Shown here one piece after another: positions 40,737-51,831 of a DNA stretch of 64,000 nucleotides. The stretch's first letter is position 1; each line of letters starts with the position of its first letter. The DNA lies in contig CDLV01000011.1 in the NCBI GenBank assembly GCA_001244265.2, positions 186,001 to 250,000 of the forward strand, read 5' to 3'. Source of the stretch: Microbotryum violaceum (taxonomy: Eukaryota). Below the pieces are notes generated by a model. It worked only from the letters and a program-made list of their open reading frames with translations, did not search any database and had not been told where the DNA came from. The position numbers and the translations under genes were made by a program.

Positions 40737-41068
40737 TTTGACGGGACCAGGCGGTGATCGGCGCGCACCGTCGAGCCTAAGGCGCCGCAGCATGGGAGTA
40801 GTAGTGAGAACTCGAGTCCCAGCCTGCGATCTGCCTTTCGAGGAGCGGGTTTCGCGCGCACGGTCCCCTCGTTCGAGGCGATAGGGGATCGAATGACCTC
40901 TGCAATCCAATTTCCTGTGCTCCCCCCATGGTACAGTTATCCGAGAAACGAGAGCAAGTTCGGGCTTCCTTGTCAAAGGCCTCACAGTGGGAGTCACTCG
41001 AGTTCTTCTGTCGCTTACACGCTCGGCATTCTCCGGGTCTCAGGTGCTCCCTCGATCGGCGCGCCGAA

Positions 41069-43977
41069 CAGTGTATGAGGAATGGAACGCTACCGGAGGT
41101 TCGGATGAATTGCATGGTGATCATGGCGTAAGACTAAGGATACAAGAGTGTTGAGGGCTGATTTTTAAGGCTACAAAACCCGCAGTGTGAACGTGCACAG
41201 GAGGGGGACCCAGGAGGACTCGGAAAGGCGCGAGAAGAAGGAAGAAGGAAGAGGGAAAAGACCACCGCACTAGAGTGGTGGATTTATGAGCAGGGCATTC
41301 CGTTGACCTGGCAGGACTGGTCATCGAGGGTGAGGTCGTAGCAGGCGTTGCCCTGTTCGGTCGGGACCGAGGCCTGGTTCGCGGCGCAGGTCTCAAGCAC
41401 GAACACGCTTGCGCCGTCGACGTCGGTGATCGAAGAGAGGATCGGGTCCGTCGCGTTGGCGGCGTAGCAGTTGCCCTCGACGGGGTCGAATGCACCCATC
41501 GTCAGGTTCGAGGCGTAGATGGCCTCAGCGCAGTCGTACTGATCTGCCGAGTCGGTGTTGAGCACGGAGAGCGAAGCGACCATCGAGTCGGGGTAGTACG
41601 ACCAGGCCGTGTCGACGGCCGAAGCGGGAGCGGAGGTGTCGACGACGCAGGCGTTGTCAGAGAGGACCCAGCCGTTGTTGCAGTCGCTGACGGTGCCGTT
41701 GGCGGCGCAGCTGGCGGCGTTGGGGTCAAAGGTCGAGCAGGACGAGCAAGTACCGTTGTTGAGGAAGTCACCGTCGATGCAGGTCGTCGCACCGTTGAAG
41801 AGGTCGCACGTAAGCGAGTCCTGGTAGGTCGAGGCGCAGTTTTGGCAGACTCCGTCTGAGGGGGCAGCAGCAGGTGGAAGTGAGGGTCAGTCAAGGGTGC
41901 GAGTTTTCAAAGGTGCTTCAACACAGATAGGGACTGACTGAGGTTTCGGAATTGCAATCCGGTGCAGCTGGTGAGGAGGGTCGAGCAAGCGGACTTGTCG
42001 GCGGTCAAGGTGCACGACGAGGCGGTGAGGGTCACATCGCGGCAGCGAGTCTTGGCACTGGGAACGAGCGCGTTGTTGGTCTTGCACGAGCCGAGGACCA
42101 TGACGGTCGAATCAGCGTCCCAGGTGAGCTTGGGCACAGCCGTGGTCGCGGACGACGAGGTGGAGAAGCACGTCAACGAGCTCGTGTCAAAGACGGCGAC
42201 CTGCGAGCCCTTGCTGACGGCGCCGCGACCGCAGATGATCGGAGTCTGGACGTTCGAGTCGTACGAGACATCGGGGATCGACGACGCAAGGTAGTAGGAC
42301 CAGGCCGAACCGAGCACGCAGGACTTCTTGTCGGCCGAGACGGTGTACGGCGCCGTGCAGGCGGTGACGACTGTGGCGCTGGTGCAAGTCGTGGCGAACG
42401 AGTTGACGGACGTGCAAGCAATGCAGTTATTCTGGCCCGAGTTGAGTTTCAGCTGTGGGTGAGTCAAGCGAAGAAGCAAAACAAAATGTCAGGACGCGAT
42501 CGTCGTAGCGCGGTATCAGAAGCGCGCCGCCAACCAGCCAGAACTCACGTAGGCTCCCGAATTGCAGGTCGCGATCTTGCCGGCGGTGCAGGTCGCGGCG
42601 AGGTTGTCGAATCGGTTGCAAGTGACGCAGGTGCGGGTGCTTGGAGCGTTGACGAATCCGGTGGGGCAGACGCTCGCGCACTTGCCGGCAGAGAGGAAAC
42701 CGGTGTTGCTGCGAAGGGGTAGCAAATCGGGCCGGGTCAGCCTCGGAGAGCGCGTCAGGGGATGCGCGCGCCCGCGAGGGCCGGGAGCGGTCTCGCCGGC
42801 CACCCGAGAACAGACTCACCATTTGGTAGCGGCGGAGAAAGAGCATGTTGCGGCTCCGGGGAATTTGGACGTGCAGGCCGCGCAGACATTGTTGTTGTTG
42901 AATGTACTTGCGGGGCAAGTTGTCACGCCTGAGAGAGAGAGATGAGTGGAAGGGTGCGAAGAGCGCGGAGCAAAAGTCAGCTCTCCGAGATATAGGGGGC
43001 CTGGTGCAACCACGCGGGCGACGCGCTGGAAGCCGAGTTTTCAACAAACGTACAAGCTCCGTTGGAGAGGGAACCAGTGGCGCTGCAATACAGAGAGAAG
43101 GGGGGGGGGAGGTGACTTAGTTAGTAAGCGGGAAAGGGAAAATTTGACAATGTCCAAGCTCCACCATCAGCTCTTCTGCCACCGCGGACTCACCATCGCA
43201 AGGCCGCAGTCGCCGTGCAGGTCGAGGCGCCGGGAAACTTCCATGAGCAAGGCTTGCAGGCCTTGTTCTGGGGCAAGGGGTATTGGCCGGTACCACGGCA
43301 AGTAGTGATCTTTTGACGGCGCTGGATGCTCCTGCCTTGGGGGCATGGATGGCGGCGGCGTCGGCGACCGAGGTCAAGGACACGACGGCGAGCACCGAGG
43401 CGACGGCGGAGGAGAGCATGAGCATGGTGGGTGGAAGCGAGGGGGCAAGGAGGCAAGGAGGAGCACGGGGACCGGGATCAAGGTGGGGAAAGAGGAGTGG
43501 AGCGGAGCTGTGAGTGGGAAGAGGGAGAGAGGTGAGGCCGACATGGCGGTCGCTTTAATACTTGCCCCCGACGAGGGGGGAGCGACGACGACGGGGAGGG
43601 TCAGGCGGCCCAACGAGTTGGGCCTACCGACCCTCGGTGTCGTTCCGACGTGAAGATCCGACGCGACTTGCCCGTTTCGATGCACCAAAATCCTCCCATC
43701 ACATCCAACTCAAATTTTAAATTCCAAAGCGGATGCCAAGTCGGGACACTGCACCATATTTGTCTTCGACCTCGACCCGGTTCAGCGTCGGGTCCAAGTC
43801 GGCGGCACCACGGATCGACGCGACAGGGATGGTCCTGCTTGTAAGCGGAAGGATTTCGACGACTTGGGACGAGCCACACTAGTCACTCTAGGCGCTAGGC
43901 GGAAGCGTGTGGCCTGCCGTCGGCCACGCGAGACGCACGCGCGCGCGCGCGGAAGACAGGTCGAAACCGCGTCCGGA
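41069..43977 (-). repeat. Left arm of 2,909-bp inverted segmental duplication
   Basis: Reverse complement of 48449-51357; the ORF track shows mirrored identical peptides. Only two 1-nt homopolymer differences were noticed. Confidence 0.97.
41284..43425 (-). pseudogene. Secreted CxxC-rich protein gene, copy A (frameshifted in exon 1 as assembled)
   Basis: Mirror of 49001-51142, but with a run of 5 G (43339-43343) where the intact copy has 6 C (49083-49088). This shifts the frame right after the signal peptide. Confidence 0.8.
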
Positions 43978-44513
43978 CTCCGGAGGCGGGCCTGCGCCCT
44001 TGCGCGCCTTGCGAACGAGGGCGGCCGCGACCGAACGAGGGCCAACCCAGTCCTTGGCAGGAAGAGCAAGGCCGCGCTTCGGCAGCTCCTCCGCCGGCCG
44101 CCGTGCGTCCTTTCGCGCACATTAGCGCCTGATATCACCCAACAAGCTTCGAGGTCCAAATCGCCGAGGCGCTTCGTTAGAACGCCCCGCCAGCGGTGCG
44201 CACCGACTAGGGTCCTTGTCGTACCCTTGCTACGCCGTCCGAGGTCCATCAACTACAACTCGGGCAGCAGGACACCTCGAAGTTGATCCCGGACACGGTC
44301 GTTCTCGGAGTTTCACCCGTTGCGACTCCCTCCCACTTGGACCTCGCCAACGCGAGGAACTGAGGGCGCTCTCGGCGATACTGCACCACCCAACACAGGG
44401 CATCACGGCTCCCCACCTCGAGTCTCTGACTGTTCATCGTCCATCATCACCGCAATTGGGACGCGCCGATACGACCTCTTCGTCGACGCCAATCCGCGTG
44501 TCCACGCTTCATC

Positions 44514-46596
44514 ATGCGGACTCCAGTGCGGTCTGTTAATACCGCCGCCGCCGCGGTGCTCCTCCTGCTTTCGTTCACCGTTGCTGTTGAAGCGGCTGCC
44601 ATTATGCCACAAAGAATGGCTGTAGTACCTCGGGCAACAGCAAGGGCGACAAATTGCCGTGGTACAGGTCAATACCCTCTACCGCAAAAAAACGTCTGCA
44701 AGCCTTGCTCGTGGAAGTTTCCCGGCGCTTCGGTCTGTTCGGCTACGGCCGCGCTGCGATGGTGAGTGGGTCGGCGCCAGGACTTTAAATACCGCGGTCG
44801 GAGCTACGGGGATGCCCAAAATCGTCCGTTGAAACGGCCTATAACGTATGCAGTGCGACTGGATATCTCTCGAACGGCCTTTGTGCGTATGCTGAATCCC
44901 ATGGCTGCCTCCTCACTTCGTATATGCGCAAGTGTGACTAATCAAACCTGCTCCTCCGGCCTGCTCAGGCGTGACGAGGTGCCCCGCCAGTACATTTATT
45001 GGCAACGGAGCATGTTCCCCGTGCTCAATCAAATTCCCTGGGGCCGCAACTTGTGATGCGAATGCAGCCACAAAGTGGTGAATATTATCGGGGACGTGTT
45101 CGGTCCCCCAAGAGGCTGAAGCTGACCTATACATGTGCCGGCACTTCTGCGCAGCACCATCGGATACCTTTCTGGAGGCAAATGCTCGAGTGTCTGCCCC
45201 GCCGGATTTGTCAACGCTCCCAGCACCCGCACCTGCGTCACTTGCAACCGATTCGACAACCTCGCCGCGACCTGCACCGCCGGCAAGATCGCGACCTGCA
45301 AGTCGGGGGCATATGTGAGTCGCAACCCATCAGGAACGCTCGGTGATCAACTGGCGCCTCGCGAAGATTTACACGAGCGATACCTGTCTTTGCAGCTCAA
45401 TTCCAAGCAAAATTCATGTGTGCCTTGCAACTCCGTCAACGACTTTGCTTCCACTTGCTCTAGCGCGACTGTGGTCACCGCATGCATTGCACCGTACATG
45501 GTGTTGTCCGACAAGAGATCCTGTGTCCTTGGGTCAACTTGGTCCTACTATCTCGCTGCGTCGATCCCCGACGTCCCTTATCAGTCTAACGTTCAGACAC
45601 CCACCATCTGCGGGCGAAACGCCGTCGGGGAAGGGTCGCAAGTTGCCGTGTTTGATACCAGTTCATTGACTTGCTTTGCCACTTCGACTTCTGGGGCCTC
45701 GCTACTTCCCAACTTGATCTGGGATGCCGACTCGACGGTTCTCGTCTACGGCACGTGCAAAACGAACAACCTCATCGCTCGCGCGGCGAGGGCGCGTTGT
45801 CGCGACGTCACTCTTACCCCAACGTCGTGCACCTTGGCGAACAGAGCTTCTTGCTCCTCTCTTTCGACTCCCTGCTTGGGGTCCCAGTTCCGCAACTTCA
45901 GTAAGTTTTTCGAGGAACCTGCTTGCATGCTCACACACATTCTCTAGAAAAAATCATAACCTGACGATCTCCTTTTGCGTATAAAGACGGGGTATGTCAA
46001 GAATGTGACACGGCTTACAGTGAATCCAGGACCTGCGATCTATTCGACGGTGCGACGTCCTGCATTGACGGCACATTCCTCGTCAACGGAACATGCAGCT
46101 CGTGCGCCGTTTTCGATCCGAACGCTTCCGAATGCTCGAGCAACGGAAACCTCGGAGGCTGCAACGCCGGATGGGTCCTATCGAACAATACCTGCGTCGT
46201 TGACACGACCTCATCTGGTCAGAATGCCGAGACAGTGTGGTCGTTCTACTTCAATTCGACTATCCAAGGCCTTCCGGTCGTGAGCCGCAACGCAAGCGAT
46301 CAGTTCGCTTGTGCTGACGATGTACTCGTGGCCAACTATACCTTGGGGGCTTACGACGCCTCAGGCAAGATTTGCTGGGCCAACAATGCCACCCGTACGC
46401 TCACCGGCTCGGAAACGGACTCGGTCGGGGCGAGCATCTACCTGATCACACACTGCGCTACCACCAACCGGACAGTGGGTGAGTTCCGGGAGTCCGCGCG
46501 ATCGCATTGAGACCAGACGCTCATTTCATCTTTATGCATTATTCCTCGGCTGCTTCAGAATCCAACTGCTACGAAATCGTTACTGATGATGGTTGA
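44514..46596 (+). CDS. Secreted CxxC-rich protein, diverged paralog B
   Basis: Signal peptide, then CRGTGQYPLPQKNVCKPCSWKFPGASVC. It has the same five intron positions as copies A and C, plus an extra 3' intron (~46479-46558); the 3' end is tentative. Confidence 0.85.
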
Positions 46597-46711
46597 TTTC
46601 GACTTACTGACGCTGTCTGCTTCCGACGTTCCCCTGATGGCGTTCTTCATTTCTCCAACCCTCTCATCTGCATTCTCCGTCAGCTCTCAGTCGCACCAAG
46701 CGATACTGTAG

Positions 46712-46821
46712 CAGTAGAAGTCAAGGCAGCGGCGCACCCAAGTCAGGCCGGTGGCGGTTCTCCATCCTGTTTGGAGAGCCACGGCGGGCGGACTGATGCG
46801 CGGCCACGTTGACTTCTACTG
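46712..46821. mobile_element. Putative 110-bp MITE
   Basis: CAGTAGAAGTCAA (46712-46724) and TTGACTTCTACTG (46809-46821) form a perfect 13-bp inverted repeat that extends imperfectly to ~25 bp; TAG lies on both flanks. Confidence 0.55.
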
Positions 46822-48170
46822 TAGCCCTTACGCAACCTGTAGCCTTACCCAACGTCTCTTTTAGCAGCATATTCTCCCGGAGTAATGGAACCCTCATCAA
46901 TTTTATAATCAACTGCTATTGCTCGTCAGATTCTAGGCTCGCTTCAAAGGGGCGACTTCTGATGACCTTACATCCTTACAAGGAGACCTGCCTTTCCAGA
47001 GGCTGTTGGCTAGCGAAGGGTATATAATCCAAATATGATTAGAGTTCTACTAAAGCTTGTCCAGTTCTTCGTCGCGATACACAACGTCCTACTATGAAAA
47101 CAACAACTTCGAGGCGCTGTGCGCAGCACAACGACCGGACCGTGAGAGCTGCCAGGCAATGTGAATCTGAGGCAGGTGCGATCCTCATAGCCTCATCTGG
47201 AGCGATACGGCTACATGACGTTTATCGAGCAGTTCAATCATCGTAAGAAGCTGCGTGGTGTCGCACTGAGCCTAGCCACCACTTTTGCTATGCGGCGGCA
47301 CGCCTTTCAAGCTACTTGATCGGCCGCGAACACGTATTGCCGGCTGCAAGGGGCGCGTTGGTATCTACCTGGGTTCTCGATACGCGGAATGTTCCCGAAC
47401 CTGATATAGCGCCACGGGTTCGTCATCGAGTAGTAGGTATCATCCGAAGAGGGGCGATGCCCACCTCCCCCACCTTTTCAGGCACTCGAGGAGGCCCCGT
47501 CGATCTCGGGACGTAGAGAGAAACCTTCTGCACGTTTCAGGCACTTTCAAATTCCTGGATTTTACCATACCGAGTCCGCCTGATTTTCGCTAAATCTGCC
47601 TGATTTCTGCTGATTCTGGGATCTCGAGTTCGATGTCGACGATGGTTGACGCGCGACCGGATCCGTCGGAACCTTTTCGGTAGGGGGTCAGGCAGTCAGG
47701 CTCCAGTCGGGGCCGGTCCGGATCGCCCGCTTCCGTGCGGGCGCAGGACAGTCAATTTATTCATCGTGATATGGTGGGTGATATACACGGGTAGCAATTG
47801 AGTTCGAACAATTTTGATCGCGAATTTTGACCGGTCCCTCTCGCGCTGCAGGAGTCAACGACGCGGTCAAAGCCATTGCTCAACGCATTTCTTGCAATAC
47901 TATGAGACCCTGAACACGAAAACACAAGCTGGCTTCCCGATTCCCCGTATGGCTGCGGACCAACTTGCCCCATGCAAGGAGGGTGGACGTTGCAACCTAG
48001 ATCAGGCGGGCCACGGTGGTCCGACTCTCCAGCAAAGCCCCTTTAGGGACGTTCCTAGTGGGAATGCACGATCCTTAGCAACGGGAGGGTGCGCCTGTAG
48101 GTCGGTACGCCCCCTGCCTACCTTACACTGTTTTTTGGATGGTCTCTGCACCGAGGTGGGGGGTGCATAG

Positions 48171-48448
48171 TCGTGATCGGCAGGTGCCTTGCGTGCCGTC
48201 CCCAGGCATCGACAACTCTATTTCCACCTCCCTGTGGCCCCCGTGGCCCAGTTTCGCGCGATCAGGCGGCGAACGACCCAAAGAGATGCCCGGATAACAT
48301 CAGGATTAAGGACTCGCCACTGGCCAATCGTGATCGGCAGGTGCCTTGCGTGCCGTCCCCAGACACCGACAACTCTATTTCCGCCTCCCTGTGGCCTCCG
48401 TGGCCTGGTTTCGCGGCCCGGGCGGACGGCTCAAAGAGATGCCCGGAT
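48171..48448. repeat. Two-copy direct repeat (~121-125 bp units, 157-bp period)
   Basis: TCGTGATCGGCAGGTGCCTTGCGTGCCGTCCCCAG...CAAAGAGATGCCCGGAT at 48171-48295 and 48328-48448. Confidence 0.9.
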
Positions 48449-51357
48449 TCCGGACGCGGTTTCGACCTGTCTTCCGCGCGCGCGCGCGTGCGTCTCGCGT
48501 GGCCGACGGCAGGCCACACGCTTCCGCCTAGCGCCTAGAGTGACTAGTGTGGCTCGTCCCAAGTCGTCGAAATCCTTCCGCTTACAAGCAGGACCATCCC
48601 TGTCGCGTCGATCCGTGGTGCCGCCGACTTGGACCCGACGCTGAACCGGGTCGAGGTCGAAGACAAATATGGTGCAGTGTCCCGACTTGGCATCCGCTTT
48701 GGAATTTAAAATTTGAGTTGGATGTGATGGGAGGATTTTGGTGCATCGAAACGGGCAAGTCGCGTCGGATCTTCACGTCGGAACGACACCGAGGGTCGGT
48801 AGGCCCAACTCGTTGGGCCGCCTGACCCTCCCCGTCGTCGTCGCTCCCCCCTCGTCGGGGGCAAGTATTAAAGCGACCGCCATGTCGGCCTCACCTCTCT
48901 CCCTCTTCCCACTCACAGCTCCGCTCCACTCCTCTTTCCCCACCTTGATCCCGGTCCCCGTGCTCCTCCTTGCCTCCTTGCCCCCTCGCTTCCACCCACC
49001 ATGCTCATGCTCTCCTCCGCCGTCGCCTCGGTGCTCGCCGTCGTGTCCTTGACCTCGGTCGCCGACGCCGCCGCCATCCATGCCCCCCAAGGCAGGAGCA
49101 TCCAGCGCCGTCAAAAGATCACTACTTGCCGTGGTACCGGCCAATACCCCTTGCCCCAGAACAAGGCCTGCAAGCCTTGCTCATGGAAGTTTCCCGGCGC
49201 CTCGACCTGCACGGCGACTGCGGCCTTGCGATGGTGAGTCCGCGGTGGCAGAAGAGCTGATGGTGGAGCTTGGACATTGTCAAATTTTCCCTTTCCCGCT
49301 TACTAACTAAGTCACCTCCCCCCCCCCTTCTCTCTGTATTGCAGCGCCACTGGTTCCCTCTCCAACGGAGCTTGTACGTTTGTTGAAAACTCGGCTTCCA
49401 GCGCGTCGCCCGCGTGGTTGCACCAGGCCCCCTATATCTCGGAGAGCTGACTTTTGCTCCGCGCTCTTCGCACCCTTCCACTCATCTCTCTCTCTCAGGC
49501 GTGACAACTTGCCCCGCAAGTACATTCAACAACAACAATGTCTGCGCGGCCTGCACGTCCAAATTCCCCGGAGCCGCAACATGCTCTTTCTCCGCCGCTA
49601 CCAAATGGTGAGTCTGTTCTCGGGTGGCCGGCGAGACCGCTCCCGGCCCTCGCGGGCGCGCGCATCCCCTGACGCGCTCTCCGAGGCTGACCCGGCCCGA
49701 TTTGCTACCCCTTCGCAGCAACACCGGTTTCCTCTCTGCCGGCAAGTGCGCGAGCGTCTGCCCCACCGGATTCGTCAACGCTCCAAGCACCCGCACCTGC
49801 GTCACTTGCAACCGATTCGACAACCTCGCCGCGACCTGCACCGCCGGCAAGATCGCGACCTGCAATTCGGGAGCCTACGTGAGTTCTGGCTGGTTGGCGG
49901 CGCGCTTCTGATACCGCGCTACGACGATCGCGTCCTGACATTTTGTTTTGCTTCTTCGCTTGACTCACCCACAGCTGAAACTCAACTCGGGCCAGAATAA
50001 CTGCATTGCTTGCACGTCCGTCAACTCGTTCGCCACGACTTGCACCAGCGCCACAGTCGTCACCGCCTGCACGGCGCCGTACACCGTCTCGGCCGACAAG
50101 AAGTCCTGCGTGCTCGGTTCGGCCTGGTCCTACTACCTTGCGTCGTCGATCCCCGATGTCTCGTACGACTCGAACGTCCAGACTCCGATCATCTGCGGTC
50201 GCGGCGCCGTCAGCAAGGGCTCGCAGGTCGCCGTCTTTGACACGAGCTCGTTGACGTGCTTCTCCACCTCGTCGTCCGCGACCACGGCTGTGCCCAAGCT
50301 CACCTGGGACGCTGATTCGACCGTCATGGTCCTCGGCTCGTGCAAGACCAACAACGCGCTCGTTCCCAGTGCCAAGACTCGCTGCCGCGATGTGACCCTC
50401 ACCGCCTCGTCGTGCACCTTGACCGCCGACAAGTCCGCTTGCTCGACCCTCCTCACCAGCTGCACCGGATTGCAATTCCGAAACCTCAGTCAGTCCCTAT
50501 CTGTGTTGAAGCACCTTTGAAAACTCGCACCCTTGACTGACCCTCACTTCCACCTGCTGCTGCCCCTCAGACGGAGTCTGCCAAAACTGCGCCTCGACCT
50601 ACCAGGACTCGCTTACGTGCGACCTCTTCAACGGTGCGACGACCTGCATCGACGGTGACTTCCTCAACAACGGTACTTGCTCGTCCTGCTCGACCTTTGA
50701 CCCCAACGCCGCCAGCTGCGCCGCCAACGGCACCGTCAGCGACTGCAACAACGGCTGGGTCCTCTCTGACAACGCCTGCGTCGTCGACACCTCCGCTCCC
50801 GCTTCGGCCGTCGACACGGCCTGGTCGTACTACCCCGACTCGATGGTCGCTTCGCTCTCCGTGCTCAACACCGACTCGGCAGATCAGTACGACTGCGCTG
50901 AGGCCATCTACGCCTCGAACCTGACGATGGGTGCATTCGACCCCGTCGAGGGCAACTGCTACGCCGCCAACGCGACGGACCCGATCCTCTCTTCGATCAC
51001 CGACGTCGACGGCGCAAGCGTGTTCGTGCTTGAGACCTGCGCCGCGAACCAGGCCTCGGTCCCGACCGAACAGGGCAACGCCTGCTACGACCTCACCCTC
51101 GATGACCAGTCCTGCCAGGTCAACGGAATGCCCTGCTCATAAATCCACCACTCTAGTGCGGTGGTCTTTTCCCTCTTCCTTCTTCCTTCTTCTCGCGCCT
51201 TTCCGAGTCCTCCTGGGTCCCCCTCCTGTGCACGTTCACACTGCGGGTTTTGTAGCCTTAAAAATCAGCCCTCAACACTCTTGTATCCTTAGTCTTACGC
51301 CATGATCACCATGCAATTCATCCGAACCTCCGGTAGCGTTCCATTCCTCATACACTG
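48449..51357 (+). repeat. Right arm of 2,909-bp inverted segmental duplication
   Basis: Reverse complement of 41069-43977; covers the promoter, all exons and introns, and the 3' flank. Confidence 0.97.
49001..51142 (+). CDS. Secreted CxxC-rich (furin-like/VSP-like repeats) protein, copy C, intact
   Basis: Six exons (~49001-49233, 49345-49373, 49499-49607, 49719-49878, 49975-50488, 50571-51142). Signal peptide MLMLSSAVASVLAVVSLTSVADA, a dibasic RR site, many CxxC repeats and two AWSYY-initiated modules; no TM or GPI tail. Confidence 0.88.
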
Positions 51358-51831
51358 CACCGATCGAGTGAGCGAGTTCGTCTCCGAAAGAATGTGTACA
51401 CTGGGTCCAAGCGCACTGCGCTGGGTTAGACAAACCTCGTCGAACAAGATGACGCGGCCTCTTGGTAACAACTGCCACCGGTTTCCTTTCCCCTATGCCA
51501 CATGGGAAGCCATTTTATATCATGCATCGCCATTTCCAACATTGTGCACTCCATCTCCCTCCGCAGGCAAACTCGACGTTTTGCGCTAGTTGCGGCGCCC
51601 CGGGCGCATGCTCGTCGGGTCCGGCCGGATCCGGTCGCTAATCGGCACTGACTGATTACCGAAGCTTGCGGCCTTCGGGCTCAAGGTTCCCTTCATCGTT
51701 CCAAGCTCCTCCTCAATTCCGACCACCGCACTCTTCCCGACGCTAGCCCCGAGACTGTTCTTCAAGAGTCAAGTCTAGTGCTATCAATCTAATCAAGGCT
51801 AGTGCCACCAATCCCACTAGCCCTCGCGAGT

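Noticed and set aside
47560-47830. GTTCGA motifs and short CCTGATTT repeats as tRNA/SINE or transposon end
   Set aside because: No cloverleaf, A-box pairing or matching terminal repeat could be established by eye.
41069-51357. Whole cassette as a giant-TIR transposon (ends CAGTGTA...TACACTG)
   Set aside because: There is no target-site duplication and no transposase, and residual inverted homology continues outside the ends.
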